A stretch of 64,000 nt of DNA from an uncultured Lachnospiraceae bacterium (GCA_964368755.1 CAYJCR010000001.1:140976-204975); one strand, 5' to 3'; numbered from the stretch's first letter, positions 25,957 through 34,927 are shown. The notes: generated by a model not told the origin, from the sequence alone. Made by a program: numbers and translations.

Positions 25957-28404
25957 ATGGCAAATTTTGAATTCGCAGATAGCGTCAAGAAGGTTATCAA
26001 GTATGCTGGAGATATAGCACTCAAGACTGGCAATCTTCAGATAGGCACAGAGCATCTGCTCTATGGTCTTACTTGTGTACAGACAAGTCTTGCATCTAAG
26101 ATGCTCAAAGATGAAGGAGTAACCAAAGAGAAGCTCCTAGAACTTTTTAGTGATCAGATGAATAATATTAGCATATTCACAAATGCAGTCGAACTCACTC
26201 CAAGTAGCAAGAATATCATCTACAACGCACAGAATATTGCAAGGCAGATTGGTCATAACTTTGTTAGTGCTGAGCATATATTGCTCGCTATGTTATATAG
26301 TGGTAGTAGTTATGCAACAAGAGTGTTGGAAGAGATATTTGAGATCAATATCGATGACTTCAGAGATAGGCTTTTTGCTGAGATCAACAAGGGCATCAAT
26401 GATGAGGGTGGCGAAGAACAGGCTGACAATGATGTGGAGAAAAGTAAGTTACCTCAAAAACTTCTTGATATGGGCTATGATGTTACTCTCAAAGCCCGCA
26501 ATAAGAAGATGGACCCAATCATTGGCAGAGAGGCAGAGATAGAGCGTATCATAGAGATTCTCTGTCGTAAGACAAAGAATAACCCTATATTGATAGGAGA
26601 AGCAGGTGTTGGTAAGACAGCAGTGGTCGAAGGGCTTGCTCAAGCAATTGTTGCAGGAAGAGTACCAGAGATGCTCAAAGACAAGACTATATATAGCCTT
26701 GATATTGGCTCACTTATGGCAGGTACCAAGTTCCGTGGCGAATTAGAACAAAGACTCAAAGAAGCTATCGAGACAATAATAGCTGACAAGAACATTATTG
26801 TATTCATTGATGAGATTCATACATTGGCGCAAGCAGGTAGCGAGAAGGGTGATGTCAACCCTGCCGATATGCTCAAGCCTTACTTAGCACGTGGAGAGTT
26901 GCAGACAATTGGAGCAACCACAACAGAAGAATATCGTAAGTTTATTGAGAAAGATAAGGCATTGGAGAGGAGATTCCAACCAATAATGGTCAATCCTCCT
27001 ACTGTTGAGCAGACTATTGAGATACTTAAAGGTCTAAGAGATAGTTATGAAGCATTCCACAAAGTCAAGATCAAGGACGAGGCAATAGTAGCCGCCGCCA
27101 CATTATCAGATAGATATATAATGGATAGGAGCTTACCAGACAAAGCTATCGATCTCATTGATGAGGCTAGTAGTAGAGCAAGAGTAAGTGGAAGTATTAT
27201 TCCTGCTAGTATCAAAGAAAAGCAAGATAAGTTTGACGAACTTGAACGTAATCGCCAAGAAGCAAGTCTACAATATAATTATGAAAAAGCAGCGAAGTTC
27301 CATGCCGAAGCAACAAGGATTGTCGCAGAGATAGAAGAGGAACGAAAACGACTCAATTTAACCAAAAGCGAAGATAGTTCTTCAATCGGAGAACAAGAGA
27401 TTGCTAGCGTTATATCCAAGTGGACAGGAATCCCAGTCACGAAGATAACTGAGAGCGAGAGAGATAGATTGCTTAGACTAGAAGAAGTATTGCACAAACG
27501 TGTAATAGGACAAGACGAGGCAGTCACTGCAGTAGCGAAGGCAATCAGACGTAGTAGAGTTGGTCTCCAAGATGGCAAACGCCCAATAGGTTCGTTCTTA
27601 TTCTTGGGTCAGACTGGTGTAGGTAAGACGGAGTTATGCAAAGCCTTGGCAGAAGCAATGTTTGATAATGAGAATCTAATCATAAGACTAGATATGAGTG
27701 AGTATATGGAGAGTCATTCTGTTGCAAAACTCATTGGCTCACCTCCAGGATATGTTGGACATGATGAAGGTGGTCAATTGACCGAACAAGTAAGGAGAAA
27801 GCCATACTCTGTAATACTCTTTGATGAGATAGAGAAGGCTCACCCAGATGTCTTCAACATACTACTACAAGTCCTTGATGACGGACGTCTTACAGATAGT
27901 CAAGGTAGAGTAGTCAACTTCAAGAATACTATAATCATACTAACAAGTAACTGTGGTGTAAGTGAGTTGAGTGCGCGCAATTCTCTTGGATTCAGCAACG
28001 GAGGACTCAATAGCGAAAACCCTGACTATGAACAGATGAAAGATATCATTTTGAGTAGTGTTAAAAAGAAGTTCAAACCAGAGTTCCTTAACAGAATAGA
28101 TGTTATAACTATCTTCCATAGCTTGACAAGTGAGCAACTCACAAAGATTGCAATGATAATGATCAACAATCTCAATTCAAGACTCGTAAGCCAAGGCGTA
28201 AGTATCAAGATGACAGAGGATGCACTTGAATACATTGTGGACAAAGGCACAAGCCCTGAATACGGCGCTAGACCATTGAAGAGACTTATCCAACAAGAGA
28301 TTGAAGATAAGATTGCAGAAGGTATGCTTGATGGTACCTTGGTTGATAAAAAGATAATAATAGATGTCGAAAATAATCATCTTGTATTCAATTCTGACAA
28401 TTAG
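25957..28404 (+). CDS. clpC: ATP-dependent Clp protease ATP-binding subunit ClpC
   Basis: Double Clp_N repeat, AAA-1 (GEAGVGKTA), a UVR-like linker (YEKAAKFHAEA), AAA-2 (GQTGVGKTE) and a C-terminal D2-small domain. Confidence 0.93.
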   Translation: MANFEFADSVKKVIKYAGDIALKTGNLQIGTEHLLYGLTCVQTSLASKMLKDEGVTKEKLLELFSDQMNNISIFTNAVELTPSSKNIIYNAQNIARQIGHNFVSAEHILLAMLYSGSSYATRVLEEIFEINIDDFRDRLFAEINKGINDEGGEEQADNDVEKSKLPQKLLDMGYDVTLKARNKKMDPIIGREAEIERIIEILCRKTKNNPILIGEAGVGKTAVVEGLAQAIVAGRVPEMLKDKTIYSLDIGSLMAGTKFRGELEQRLKEAIETIIADKNIIVFIDEIHTLAQAGSEKGDVNPADMLKPYLARGELQTIGATTTEEYRKFIEKDKALERRFQPIMVNPPTVEQTIEILKGLRDSYEAFHKVKIKDEAIVAAATLSDRYIMDRSLPDKAIDLIDEASSRARVSGSIIPASIKEKQDKFDELERNRQEASLQYNYEKAAKFHAEATRIVAEIEEERKRLNLTKSEDSSSIGEQEIASVISKWTGIPVTKITESERDRLLRLEEVLHKRVIGQDEAVTAVAKAIRRSRVGLQDGKRPIGSFLFLGQTGVGKTELCKALAEAMFDNENLIIRLDMSEYMESHSVAKLIGSPPGYVGHDEGGQLTEQVRRKPYSVILFDEIEKAHPDVFNILLQVLDDGRLTDSQGRVVNFKNTIIILTSNCGVSELSARNSLGFSNGGLNSENPDYEQMKDIILSSVKKKFKPEFLNRIDVITIFHSLTSEQLTKIAMIMINNLNSRLVSQGVSIKMTEDALEYIVDKGTSPEYGARPLKRLIQQEIEDKIAEGMLDGTLVDKKIIIDVENNHLVFNSDN

Positions 28405-28415
28405 GGCAAAAAGGT

Positions 28416-28444
28416 TTGATTATACATCGCTATTTTGATATAAT
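28416..28444 (+). promoter_or_regulatory. hpf promoter TTGATT-17-(TGa)TATAAT
   Basis: -35 at 28416-28421, extended TG at 28436-28437 and consensus -10 at 28439-28444. Confidence 0.65.
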
Positions 28445-28532
28445 GAAAGTGGGCAAAGGAGTTCAACCTTAGTTGTGATGGCCCAGAGAAGGGCATAGCA
28501 CTCCTTGGTCTAATGAAATCATGGAGGGGAAT

Positions 28533-29066
28533 ATGAAAATTGAAATTACATCAAAGAACTATGACATCAGTCAGAACCTAAAGGACATTATTGAGAAGAA
28601 AGTCAAGAAGCTTGACAAATACTTCACTGATACTGCTTCCGTCAAGGTCAACTGCAGGAAAGAAAATAACCTCTGCAAACTCGAGCTTAATGTAAGAAGC
28701 AAAGGACTATTCTATCGTGCAGAAGTCACAGGCGACAACATGTATGAGAATATTGACTTGGCTCTACCAAAGGTTGAGAAACAAATAGTCAAATATGGTG
28801 AGAAATTCACTCAGAGCTTTAGACGTGGGGCTCTCGCAAGCAAGGATTATCTATTCTTAGATGAGTTCAAAGAAGATAAGAAGAAGGATACTATTGTCAA
28901 ACGTAAGACATATGAACTTGAGCCAATCTCAGTTGAAGATGCACAGATGTTCCTAGACAATATCGACAATACATTCTATGTGTTCCTCAATCAAGAGACA
29001 AATATGGTCAATGTCATATATAAGAGACTTGATGGTGGATATGGCCTTATCGAGACAGTTTATTAG
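28533..29066 (+). CDS. hpf: ribosome hibernation promoting factor, long form
   Basis: The N-terminal S30AE domain begins MKIEITSKNYDIS. The C-terminal dimerisation domain reads KRKTYELEPISVEDA...FYVFLNQETNMVNVIYKRLDGGYGLIE. Confidence 0.9.
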   Translation: MKIEITSKNYDISQNLKDIIEKKVKKLDKYFTDTASVKVNCRKENNLCKLELNVRSKGLFYRAEVTGDNMYENIDLALPKVEKQIVKYGEKFTQSFRRGALASKDYLFLDEFKEDKKKDTIVKRKTYELEPISVEDAQMFLDNIDNTFYVFLNQETNMVNVIYKRLDGGYGLIETVY

Positions 29067-29075
29067 AATAATATT

Positions 29076-29110
29076 AAGACAGGGTATAATAGCCTTGTCT
29101 TTTTTTTTGT
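29076..29110 (+). terminator. intrinsic terminator after hpf
   Basis: aagacaggg-tataatag-ccttgtctt followed by T10. Confidence 0.65.
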
Positions 29111-29121
29111 GTCATTAGTTA

Positions 29122-29152
29122 AACAAAAAGAACAGTTGATACCAACTGTTCT
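29122..29152 (-). terminator. intrinsic terminator for the minus-strand aminotransferase gene
   Basis: agaacagttg-atac-caactgttct, with the T-run on the minus strand. Confidence 0.65.
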
Positions 29153-29168
29153 TCTTTAACTATAATTA

Positions 29169-30356
29169 TTACTTTGTAAGTAAGCCTAGGTCTTTCATTA
29201 CTCCAGCGATGATATCTGTTGCTCTATCTATCTGTTCGTTGGTAAGAGTAGCCATATAACTTGTTCTTATAATTGATCCACCCTCTGGTGCTGCTGGGGC
29301 AACAACTGGGTTGACATATACGCCACGTTCAAATAGCATCATACAAGCACGGAATGTATTCTCATCGGTATATGTATTGATCGGAATGATAGGCGCTTGG
29401 CTATCACGGATATCAACATGCTTAGCTTTGAGACATTTCCTTGCATAATCTGCTATCTCTTGAAGTCTACGTACTCTACTTGGGTCTTCTTCTAAGATAT
29501 GTAGGGCAGTAAGAGCACATTGTGCACTTGCAGGGGTAATAGATGCACAGAAGATGAATGGACGAGATACGTGTCTAACATAATCTACTACATCTTTGCT
29601 TGCTGCCATATAACCACCAAGGCTTGCAAGACTCTTGGAGAATGTACCCATAACAATATCTACATCTTTCTCAAGACCAAAATGCTCTGCAGTGCCTCTG
29701 CCATGAGCACCGAATACTCCGAAGCCATGTGCGTCGTCAACCAATATTCTCGCACCATATTTCTTAGCAAGTTTGACTATCTCAGGAAGTTTGCAAAGGT
29801 CTCCACCCATGCTAAATACACCATCAGTTGCGATAAGTATACCTTTGTCTTGTGGTATTGACTTAAGTTGTGCTTCTAGGTCTTGCATATCGCTATGATT
29901 GTATCTAAGCATTTTGGCGTAGCTTAACTTACAGCCATCATATATACTTGCATGGTTCTCTTTGTCGCATACGACATAGTCATTCCTTCCAGCAATAGCG
30001 CTGATGATACCCAAGTTGGATTGGAATCCAGTACTGAATGTCATAACTGCTTCTTTATGAAGGAAGCTTGCCAATTCTTTCTCAAGTTGTACATGAAGGT
30101 CAAGTGTTCCATTAAGAAATCTAGATCCAGAGCATCCACTACCATATTTTTGCAAAGCTTTAACGCCTTCTTCTATAATACGTGGATGAGAAGTAAGTCC
30201 AAGATAGTTGTTGGAGCCTAGCATTATCTCAGAAGTGCCATCCATAACAACCTCTGTGTCTTGTTTTGTGTTAAGAGTATGAAAGTATGGATACAATCCT
30301 GCTGCTTTGATATCTTTGACAACTGTATAATCGTTACATTTCTTAAAAATGTCCAT
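29169..30356 (-). CDS. PLP-dependent alpha-oxoamine synthase (serine palmitoyltransferase / Kbl / BioF family)
   Basis: LGSNNYLGLTSHP, YGSGCSGSRFLNGTLDLH, STGFQSNLG, DKENHASIYDG, DDAHGFG, and FSKSLASLGG carrying the PLP lysine. The start is taken at ATG 30356 (SD GGAGGA) rather than the TTG at 30368. Confidence 0.85.
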   Translation of the reverse strand: MDIFKKCNDYTVVKDIKAAGLYPYFHTLNTKQDTEVVMDGTSEIMLGSNNYLGLTSHPRIIEEGVKALQKYGSGCSGSRFLNGTLDLHVQLEKELASFLHKEAVMTFSTGFQSNLGIISAIAGRNDYVVCDKENHASIYDGCKLSYAKMLRYNHSDMQDLEAQLKSIPQDKGILIATDGVFSMGGDLCKLPEIVKLAKKYGARILVDDAHGFGVFGAHGRGTAEHFGLEKDVDIVMGTFSKSLASLGGYMAASKDVVDYVRHVSRPFIFCASITPASAQCALTALHILEEDPSRVRRLQEIADYARKCLKAKHVDIRDSQAPIIPINTYTDENTFRACMMLFERGVYVNPVVAPAAPEGGSIIRTSYMATLTNEQIDRATDIIAGVMKDLGLLTK

Positions 30357-30536
30357 TGTGTCCTCCAAATTATTATTAAAATTGTAGTTTATTAAAAAAT
30401 TACATTACAAATATACCATAATAAAAAAAATAAGTCATTAAAATGTGGCTTATATGCTTTTGTTTTTTTTCAAAAAAGTGTAAGATAATAATATATCAAT
30501 ACTGGCAAGGGATACTTTGCCATCATAGGAGAACGT

Positions 30537-31208
30537 ATGATTGTATTTAAGAATGTGTATCTCAAGTACACCAAAGAATACTATGCGCTATTCGATATCA
30601 GCTTCGAGATAGAGAAAGGTGAGACAGTTGCTTTGCTTGGTGAGAAAGATAGTGGCAAGAGCAGCATACTTAGACTTATAGCAGGGCTTGAGCCTGTGAC
30701 AAAGGGTGAGATATATGTTAAGGATATCCCTATTAAGAAAGTAGATTATAGAACAGACTTGTCATTGGGTTATATACCATACAAAGGTAACTTCTTGAAC
30801 AAGAAGACTGTATATGATAATCTTAAGTATGTGCTTAAGATACGCAAAGTCAATGCTGCAGAACAAGAGTCACTTATCAATCAAGTGCTTATCGACCTCA
30901 AGCTTGAAGGATTGAGAGATACGGTTATTAACAAGTTGAGTTTGTATGAGAAGTATCTTGTATCTATTGCAAGATTATCTTTGAGAAAACTTGATGTTGT
31001 AATGATAGACAATATTTTTGAAGAGTTGGCTCCAGCCGAGAGCAAGAAGATTGTATCACTACTTAAGAAGTATTTTGGCAAAACAACATTTATTGTCGCA
31101 ACCAAAAGTCGAGATATCGCTAATAGCTTAGCAAAAAGAATCATCAACCTAGAGTTTGGTGCTATAACAAAAGAGGAAGATAATGGGAAGAAAAAAGTTA
31201 GTTTGTGA
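30537..31208 (+). CDS. FtsE-like ABC ATPase homologue with degenerate catalytic motifs
   Basis: Walker A is retained (GEKDSGKSS). The signature LSGGQ is replaced by LSLYEKY, Walker B/catalytic Glu by VVMIDNIFEE, and the H-loop His by VATKS. TVYDNLKYV resembles FtsE. Confidence 0.75.
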   Translation: MIVFKNVYLKYTKEYYALFDISFEIEKGETVALLGEKDSGKSSILRLIAGLEPVTKGEIYVKDIPIKKVDYRTDLSLGYIPYKGNFLNKKTVYDNLKYVLKIRKVNAAEQESLINQVLIDLKLEGLRDTVINKLSLYEKYLVSIARLSLRKLDVVMIDNIFEELAPAESKKIVSLLKKYFGKTTFIVATKSRDIANSLAKRIINLEFGAITKEEDNGKKKVSL

Positions 31209-31560
31209 TCTTAATTTTGATGAAGAAAAGACTCTTAAAGAGAAGATTGTGTCAATGTTCAATACCCCAAATCTTATCAATTGCTTCAATGATGAACACT
31301 ATCTTCCATATAGTGAAGTATTTGAGCATCCCAACGTTAAGATGTTCTTCAAAGATGAAGAGTTGCTAGATACTATCAAATGTTTTTTTGATAATGACCT
31401 CAATATCACCAAGACTTCTCAGAAGTTATTCCTTCATAGGAATACGCTTGCTTATAGGATTGACAAGATCAAGAAACTTTTGGGTATTGATATCAACAAC
31501 TTCTCTGATGCAATATTGCTCAGCAACTTTATTTATATCAACGAAGTAGTTAATAGTTAG
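31183..31560 (+). CDS. small PucR/CdaR-type helix-turn-helix protein
   Basis: The C-terminal HTH reads NITKTSQKLFLHRNTLAYRIDKIKKLLGIDI. The gene overlaps the preceding one by 26 nt. Confidence 0.7.
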   Translation: MGRKKLVCDLNFDEEKTLKEKIVSMFNTPNLINCFNDEHYLPYSEVFEHPNVKMFFKDEELLDTIKCFFDNDLNITKTSQKLFLHRNTLAYRIDKIKKLLGIDINNFSDAILLSNFIYINEVVNS

Positions 31561-31928
31561 AACTTATACTCATTGGCTTTGACAAAGTTCGTAGTGAGTT
31601 TTGCAGGTGGTGCATCCGCCTGCTTTTTTTTGTTGCCAAATATTGAACTGAGTATATTGGCACCGTTGCCCTTGGTAAGCCCTCCGAGTAACTCTCCAAG
31701 CTGATTGTTGCCTCCAAGCATAGACAATATACTACTTGTATCTTTTGATCCACCCATAAGAGCGGGGAGTAGACTAGCAAGAGGACTACTATTGCCACCT
31801 AGCATAGATAGCAAGTTGTTGATGTCGAATGTTGGACTTGCTGGTGCAGGCTCACTACTAGGGGGAGATTTGGGACCTAAGAAGTCACTAGGATATGATA
31901 GCGTAGCGGAGTTGTATGTATTATTCAT
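31557..31928 (-). CDS. hypothetical G/S/L-rich protein
   Basis: Repeated LLSMLGGN / ILSMLGGNN / ELLGGL motifs. The start is taken at ATG 31928 (SD AAAGGA); the ORF track extends to a GTG at 31961. Confidence 0.5.
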   Translation of the reverse strand: MNNTYNSATLSYPSDFLGPKSPPSSEPAPASPTFDINNLLSMLGGNSSPLASLLPALMGGSKDTSSILSMLGGNNQLGELLGGLTKGNGANILSSIFGNKKKQADAPPAKLTTNFVKANEYKF

Positions 31929-32024
31929 ATTGTTCCTTTTTTGAATCAAGATATGTTTCACTTATAACTAATATATGAGCATATAATACTCAAAAGTTAA
32001 CAAATAACTTCAAAGGGAGCATAT

Positions 32025-32306
32025 ATGATAGACAATTTATTCGATTATGGTCAAGAGAAGATTGATCGAAACGATACTGTAGCTACTGAACCAAGCAAGG
32101 AACAATTGCTCAATACATACAACAAATACAAGGGCTTGAATCAAGATGAATTGATGCAAGAACTCAAGCGTGTAACTAAGGAAAAAAAACAAAGTGGAAC
32201 ACTCAATAATAGTATGATCAATGATATGGCAAAAAAAATAAAGTCAGTATTGACTCCCGAACAACAAAAAAAACTTGATGAGGTGTTAAAAAACATTGAT
32301 GACTAG
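32025..32306 (+). CDS. hypothetical small helical protein
   Basis: 93 aa with SD AGGGAG. Charged and helical, ending LTPEQQKKLDEVLKNIDD. Confidence 0.5.
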   Translation: MIDNLFDYGQEKIDRNDTVATEPSKEQLLNTYNKYKGLNQDELMQELKRVTKEKKQSGTLNNSMINDMAKKIKSVLTPEQQKKLDEVLKNIDD

Positions 32307-33438
32307 ATATCTGCAAAAAATCGATAATAGCCTTCTCGAAAGAGTTTCTATGCAAGGCTTGAATAAGCATGAATGTATTGTATATGCCAATGACTATTTG
32401 CTTGCCAGCCGTATACTCAATACAGACGGAATTGAGGTTGCTAAGATACCATTTATCAATGCGTTTGCTGTCAAGTTGAGTAGCAAACAATTGTTGCATT
32501 ATGCTAAGGACAATGCAGTCAAATATATTACACGCCAAAGCAAAGTATTCGCACAGATTGATGTGTCAAAGAAGATTGTTGGAGCAAGTAAGTTCTATCA
32601 TAATGGGGATTATGGTCAAGAAGTATGTGTGGCTATCATAGACACAGGTATAGATGAACATATAGACTTTGTTACGCCTCACAATAGGATTGTTAAATTC
32701 GTAGATATCATCAACGACAAAGAGTCCCCATATGATGATAACGGACATGGGACTTTTGTAGCATCTGTTCTTGCTGGCTCTGGTATAAGTAGTGGAAAAA
32801 GATATAGCGGAATAGCACCTAAGTCTAAGATCATCTCGATTAAGGCTCTAGAGAGTAATGGCGAGACAGGGGTTGTCAATATACTCAAAGCGATGCAGTG
32901 GGTGTATGACAATCGTATCAAGTATAATATACGGGTTGTATGTATGAGTTTCGGTAGTACACCTTTGGACAAAAAAGACCCCCTTGCCATAGGCGTAGAG
33001 GTCTTGTGGAATAGTGGGGTAGTTGTAGTCGCTGCGGCAGGCAATAGTGGGCCGGAGAGAGAATCCATCAAGTCTCCTGGGGTGAGCCCCAAGATAATAA
33101 CAGTTGGTGGTCTCAAAGATAATAGAAATGATGTGAAGTATAATGCACACAACTTCGAAGTGGCAAAGTTTTCTTCACGTGGACCTGTTAGATATCTTTA
33201 TAAGCCAGATTGTATAGCTCCAGCCGTTGATATATGTGGTGCAAAATGTGGCGGCGGATATTGCAAGATGAGTGGTACGTCAGTCGCTACACCAATAGTG
33301 GCTGGTATTGTTGCGCTTTTGATAAGTGCAAATCCTCTTATAAGTCCAGACCAAGTCAAAGTAAGGCTACTTGGCAATTGCACTCCAATTGTCGGTGATA
33401 GGAATGTTGAAGGCTTTGGATATATAGAGCTTATATAA
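32296..33438 (+). CDS. S8 (subtilisin-family) serine peptidase without signal peptide
   Basis: Catalytic triad motifs VAIIDTGID, DDNGHGTFVAS and MSGTSVATPIVAG. There is an N-terminal propeptide-like region. The start is ambiguous (TTG 32296 or ATG 32299). Confidence 0.9.
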   Translation: MMTRYLQKIDNSLLERVSMQGLNKHECIVYANDYLLASRILNTDGIEVAKIPFINAFAVKLSSKQLLHYAKDNAVKYITRQSKVFAQIDVSKKIVGASKFYHNGDYGQEVCVAIIDTGIDEHIDFVTPHNRIVKFVDIINDKESPYDDNGHGTFVASVLAGSGISSGKRYSGIAPKSKIISIKALESNGETGVVNILKAMQWVYDNRIKYNIRVVCMSFGSTPLDKKDPLAIGVEVLWNSGVVVVAAAGNSGPERESIKSPGVSPKIITVGGLKDNRNDVKYNAHNFEVAKFSSRGPVRYLYKPDCIAPAVDICGAKCGGGYCKMSGTSVATPIVAGIVALLISANPLISPDQVKVRLLGNCTPIVGDRNVEGFGYIELI

Positions 33439-34560
33439 CTATCTATTTGGCAGAGATTTGACAATGGCGATAAGTTTATCAATCTGCCTTACTGAGTTGC
33501 GACTGGACATACTCACTCTAACTGCACCTGTTGACAATGTGCCTAGGTGTTTGTGAGCAAGAGGTGCACAATGAAGGCCTGCTCTAACGCAAATGTTATT
33601 TTTGTCAAGAATATCTGCAATCTCAACTGAGTCGTAGCGTTGTTTGTTAAATAGCACAACTCCATACTTACTATCATTGTCAGTATAGATTGTAATGTCG
33701 TTAAGTTCGCTAAGCTTAGCAATAAGGTATTGGGTTAAGTAAGCGAGCTTTTGATTATGCTTTTGGCGATTTTTTAGGACATACATAGCCCCCTGTCTGA
33801 GTGCTGCAATTGCTGGAGTTGGAAGGGTGCCACTTTCGTACTTCTCGGGTAGATATGCTGGCTGAGTTAGTTCGATAGAGTTCGTCCCAGTACCTCCGTA
33901 TACAAGTGGAGATAGTTGTACGCCTTCGCCTATCGCAAGACCTCCGATATTCTGTGGAGCAAGTAGCCCTTTGTGACCGGCAAAGGCATACATATGGACA
34001 TTTTCTTTGGTTATATCAATATCTATATGTCCGCAAGCTTGAGCGCCATCTACTAGCAACTTAATGCCTTTTTTGTTACATAGTTTTGCGATGTCAGATA
34101 TGTCATTTTTGTTGCCAGTAACATTGCTGATATGATTGACTATCACTAGATAAGTATTGGATCTAATTGACCTCTCTATATCACTACTTGTTATATGAGA
34201 ACTGTTGCGTGGATAGACAACGGTATAATCAATGATGCCCTTACTTTTGAGCATCTCGACTGGTCTTAATACGGAGTTGTGTTCAAAGCAAGATACTACT
34301 ATATGCCCATCACTTTTGGCACTACCTTGTATAGCTAGATTGAGTGCCTCCGTACAACTCGGGCAGAATATAACATTTTCTTCCTTTGCTCCGAACATCT
34401 CAGCTAGTGTTAGCCGAGATTTGAATACTTCCATAGCCGCTTTTTGGCTAGACTTATGACCACTTCTGCCGGGGTTGGAAGAACAAAAGTATCTATTATA
34501 TGCACGTCTAACACTCCTTGGCTTATAGTAGCTAGTCGCTGCGTTGTCAAAATATATCAT
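33439..34560 (-). CDS. class V aminotransferase-fold cysteine desulfurase family protein
   Basis: MIYFDNAATSYYKP, a HISNVTG-like segment, FAGHKGL carrying the PLP lysine, and VRVSMS. Its stop codon directly abuts the S8 peptidase stop. Confidence 0.85.
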   Translation of the reverse strand: MIYFDNAATSYYKPRSVRRAYNRYFCSSNPGRSGHKSSQKAAMEVFKSRLTLAEMFGAKEENVIFCPSCTEALNLAIQGSAKSDGHIVVSCFEHNSVLRPVEMLKSKGIIDYTVVYPRNSSHITSSDIERSIRSNTYLVIVNHISNVTGNKNDISDIAKLCNKKGIKLLVDGAQACGHIDIDITKENVHMYAFAGHKGLLAPQNIGGLAIGEGVQLSPLVYGGTGTNSIELTQPAYLPEKYESGTLPTPAIAALRQGAMYVLKNRQKHNQKLAYLTQYLIAKLSELNDITIYTDNDSKYGVVLFNKQRYDSVEIADILDKNNICVRAGLHCAPLAHKHLGTLSTGAVRVSMSSRNSVRQIDKLIAIVKSLPNR

Positions 34561-34672
34561 AGCTTATTCCTTTTTTTCACAATACAATTGTTTTACTAAT
34601 ACAATGTAATAGAAGTTCATTTATGTAATTCTATGTTTACGCAAGATTTTTTGTGAAATAAGAAGGAAAAAT

Positions 34673-34927
34673 ATGTATATAATAGCAACATTTAGGTCAA
34701 GAAATCAAACTATGGTTTTTTTTCAGATAATAAGTTCATATGGGGTTAGGGCTCAGATTGTATCAACGCCACGCCAAGCACAAGTATCATGTGGAGTGTC
34801 TGTCAAGATACCAATGGAGACTCAAGACACAGCAAGAAGCATATTGGCACGAAGGCGATTTGACACTTTTGTGGGGTTGTTCTTGGTCACAGAAGGTATA
34901 AATACAATAGTGAAACCGTTATTTTAA
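34673..34927 (+). CDS. DUF3343-like small protein (putative S/Se carrier-like)
   Basis: 84 aa. FRSRNQTMVFFQIISSYGVRAQIVSTPRQAQVSCGVSVKI matches the F.S...A...e..l...gi...l.PtPr....CG pattern as I recall it. Confidence 0.5.
   Translation: MYIIATFRSRNQTMVFFQIISSYGVRAQIVSTPRQAQVSCGVSVKIPMETQDTARSILARRRFDTFVGLFLVTEGINTIVKPLF

Noticed and set aside
28405-28532. raiA-motif RNA upstream of hpf.
   Set aside because: The transcribed leader is only ~80 nt, which as I recall is much shorter than that motif. I keep it only as a simple anti-SD leader hypothesis.
30530-30543. AGAACGTATGATTG over the start codon of the degenerate ABC ATPase, considered as a fourth LexA box.
   Set aside because: It has three mismatches to the recurrent 14-mer and the second half-site is GATT rather than GTT(C/T). 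This is too weak to call without a scoring matrix.
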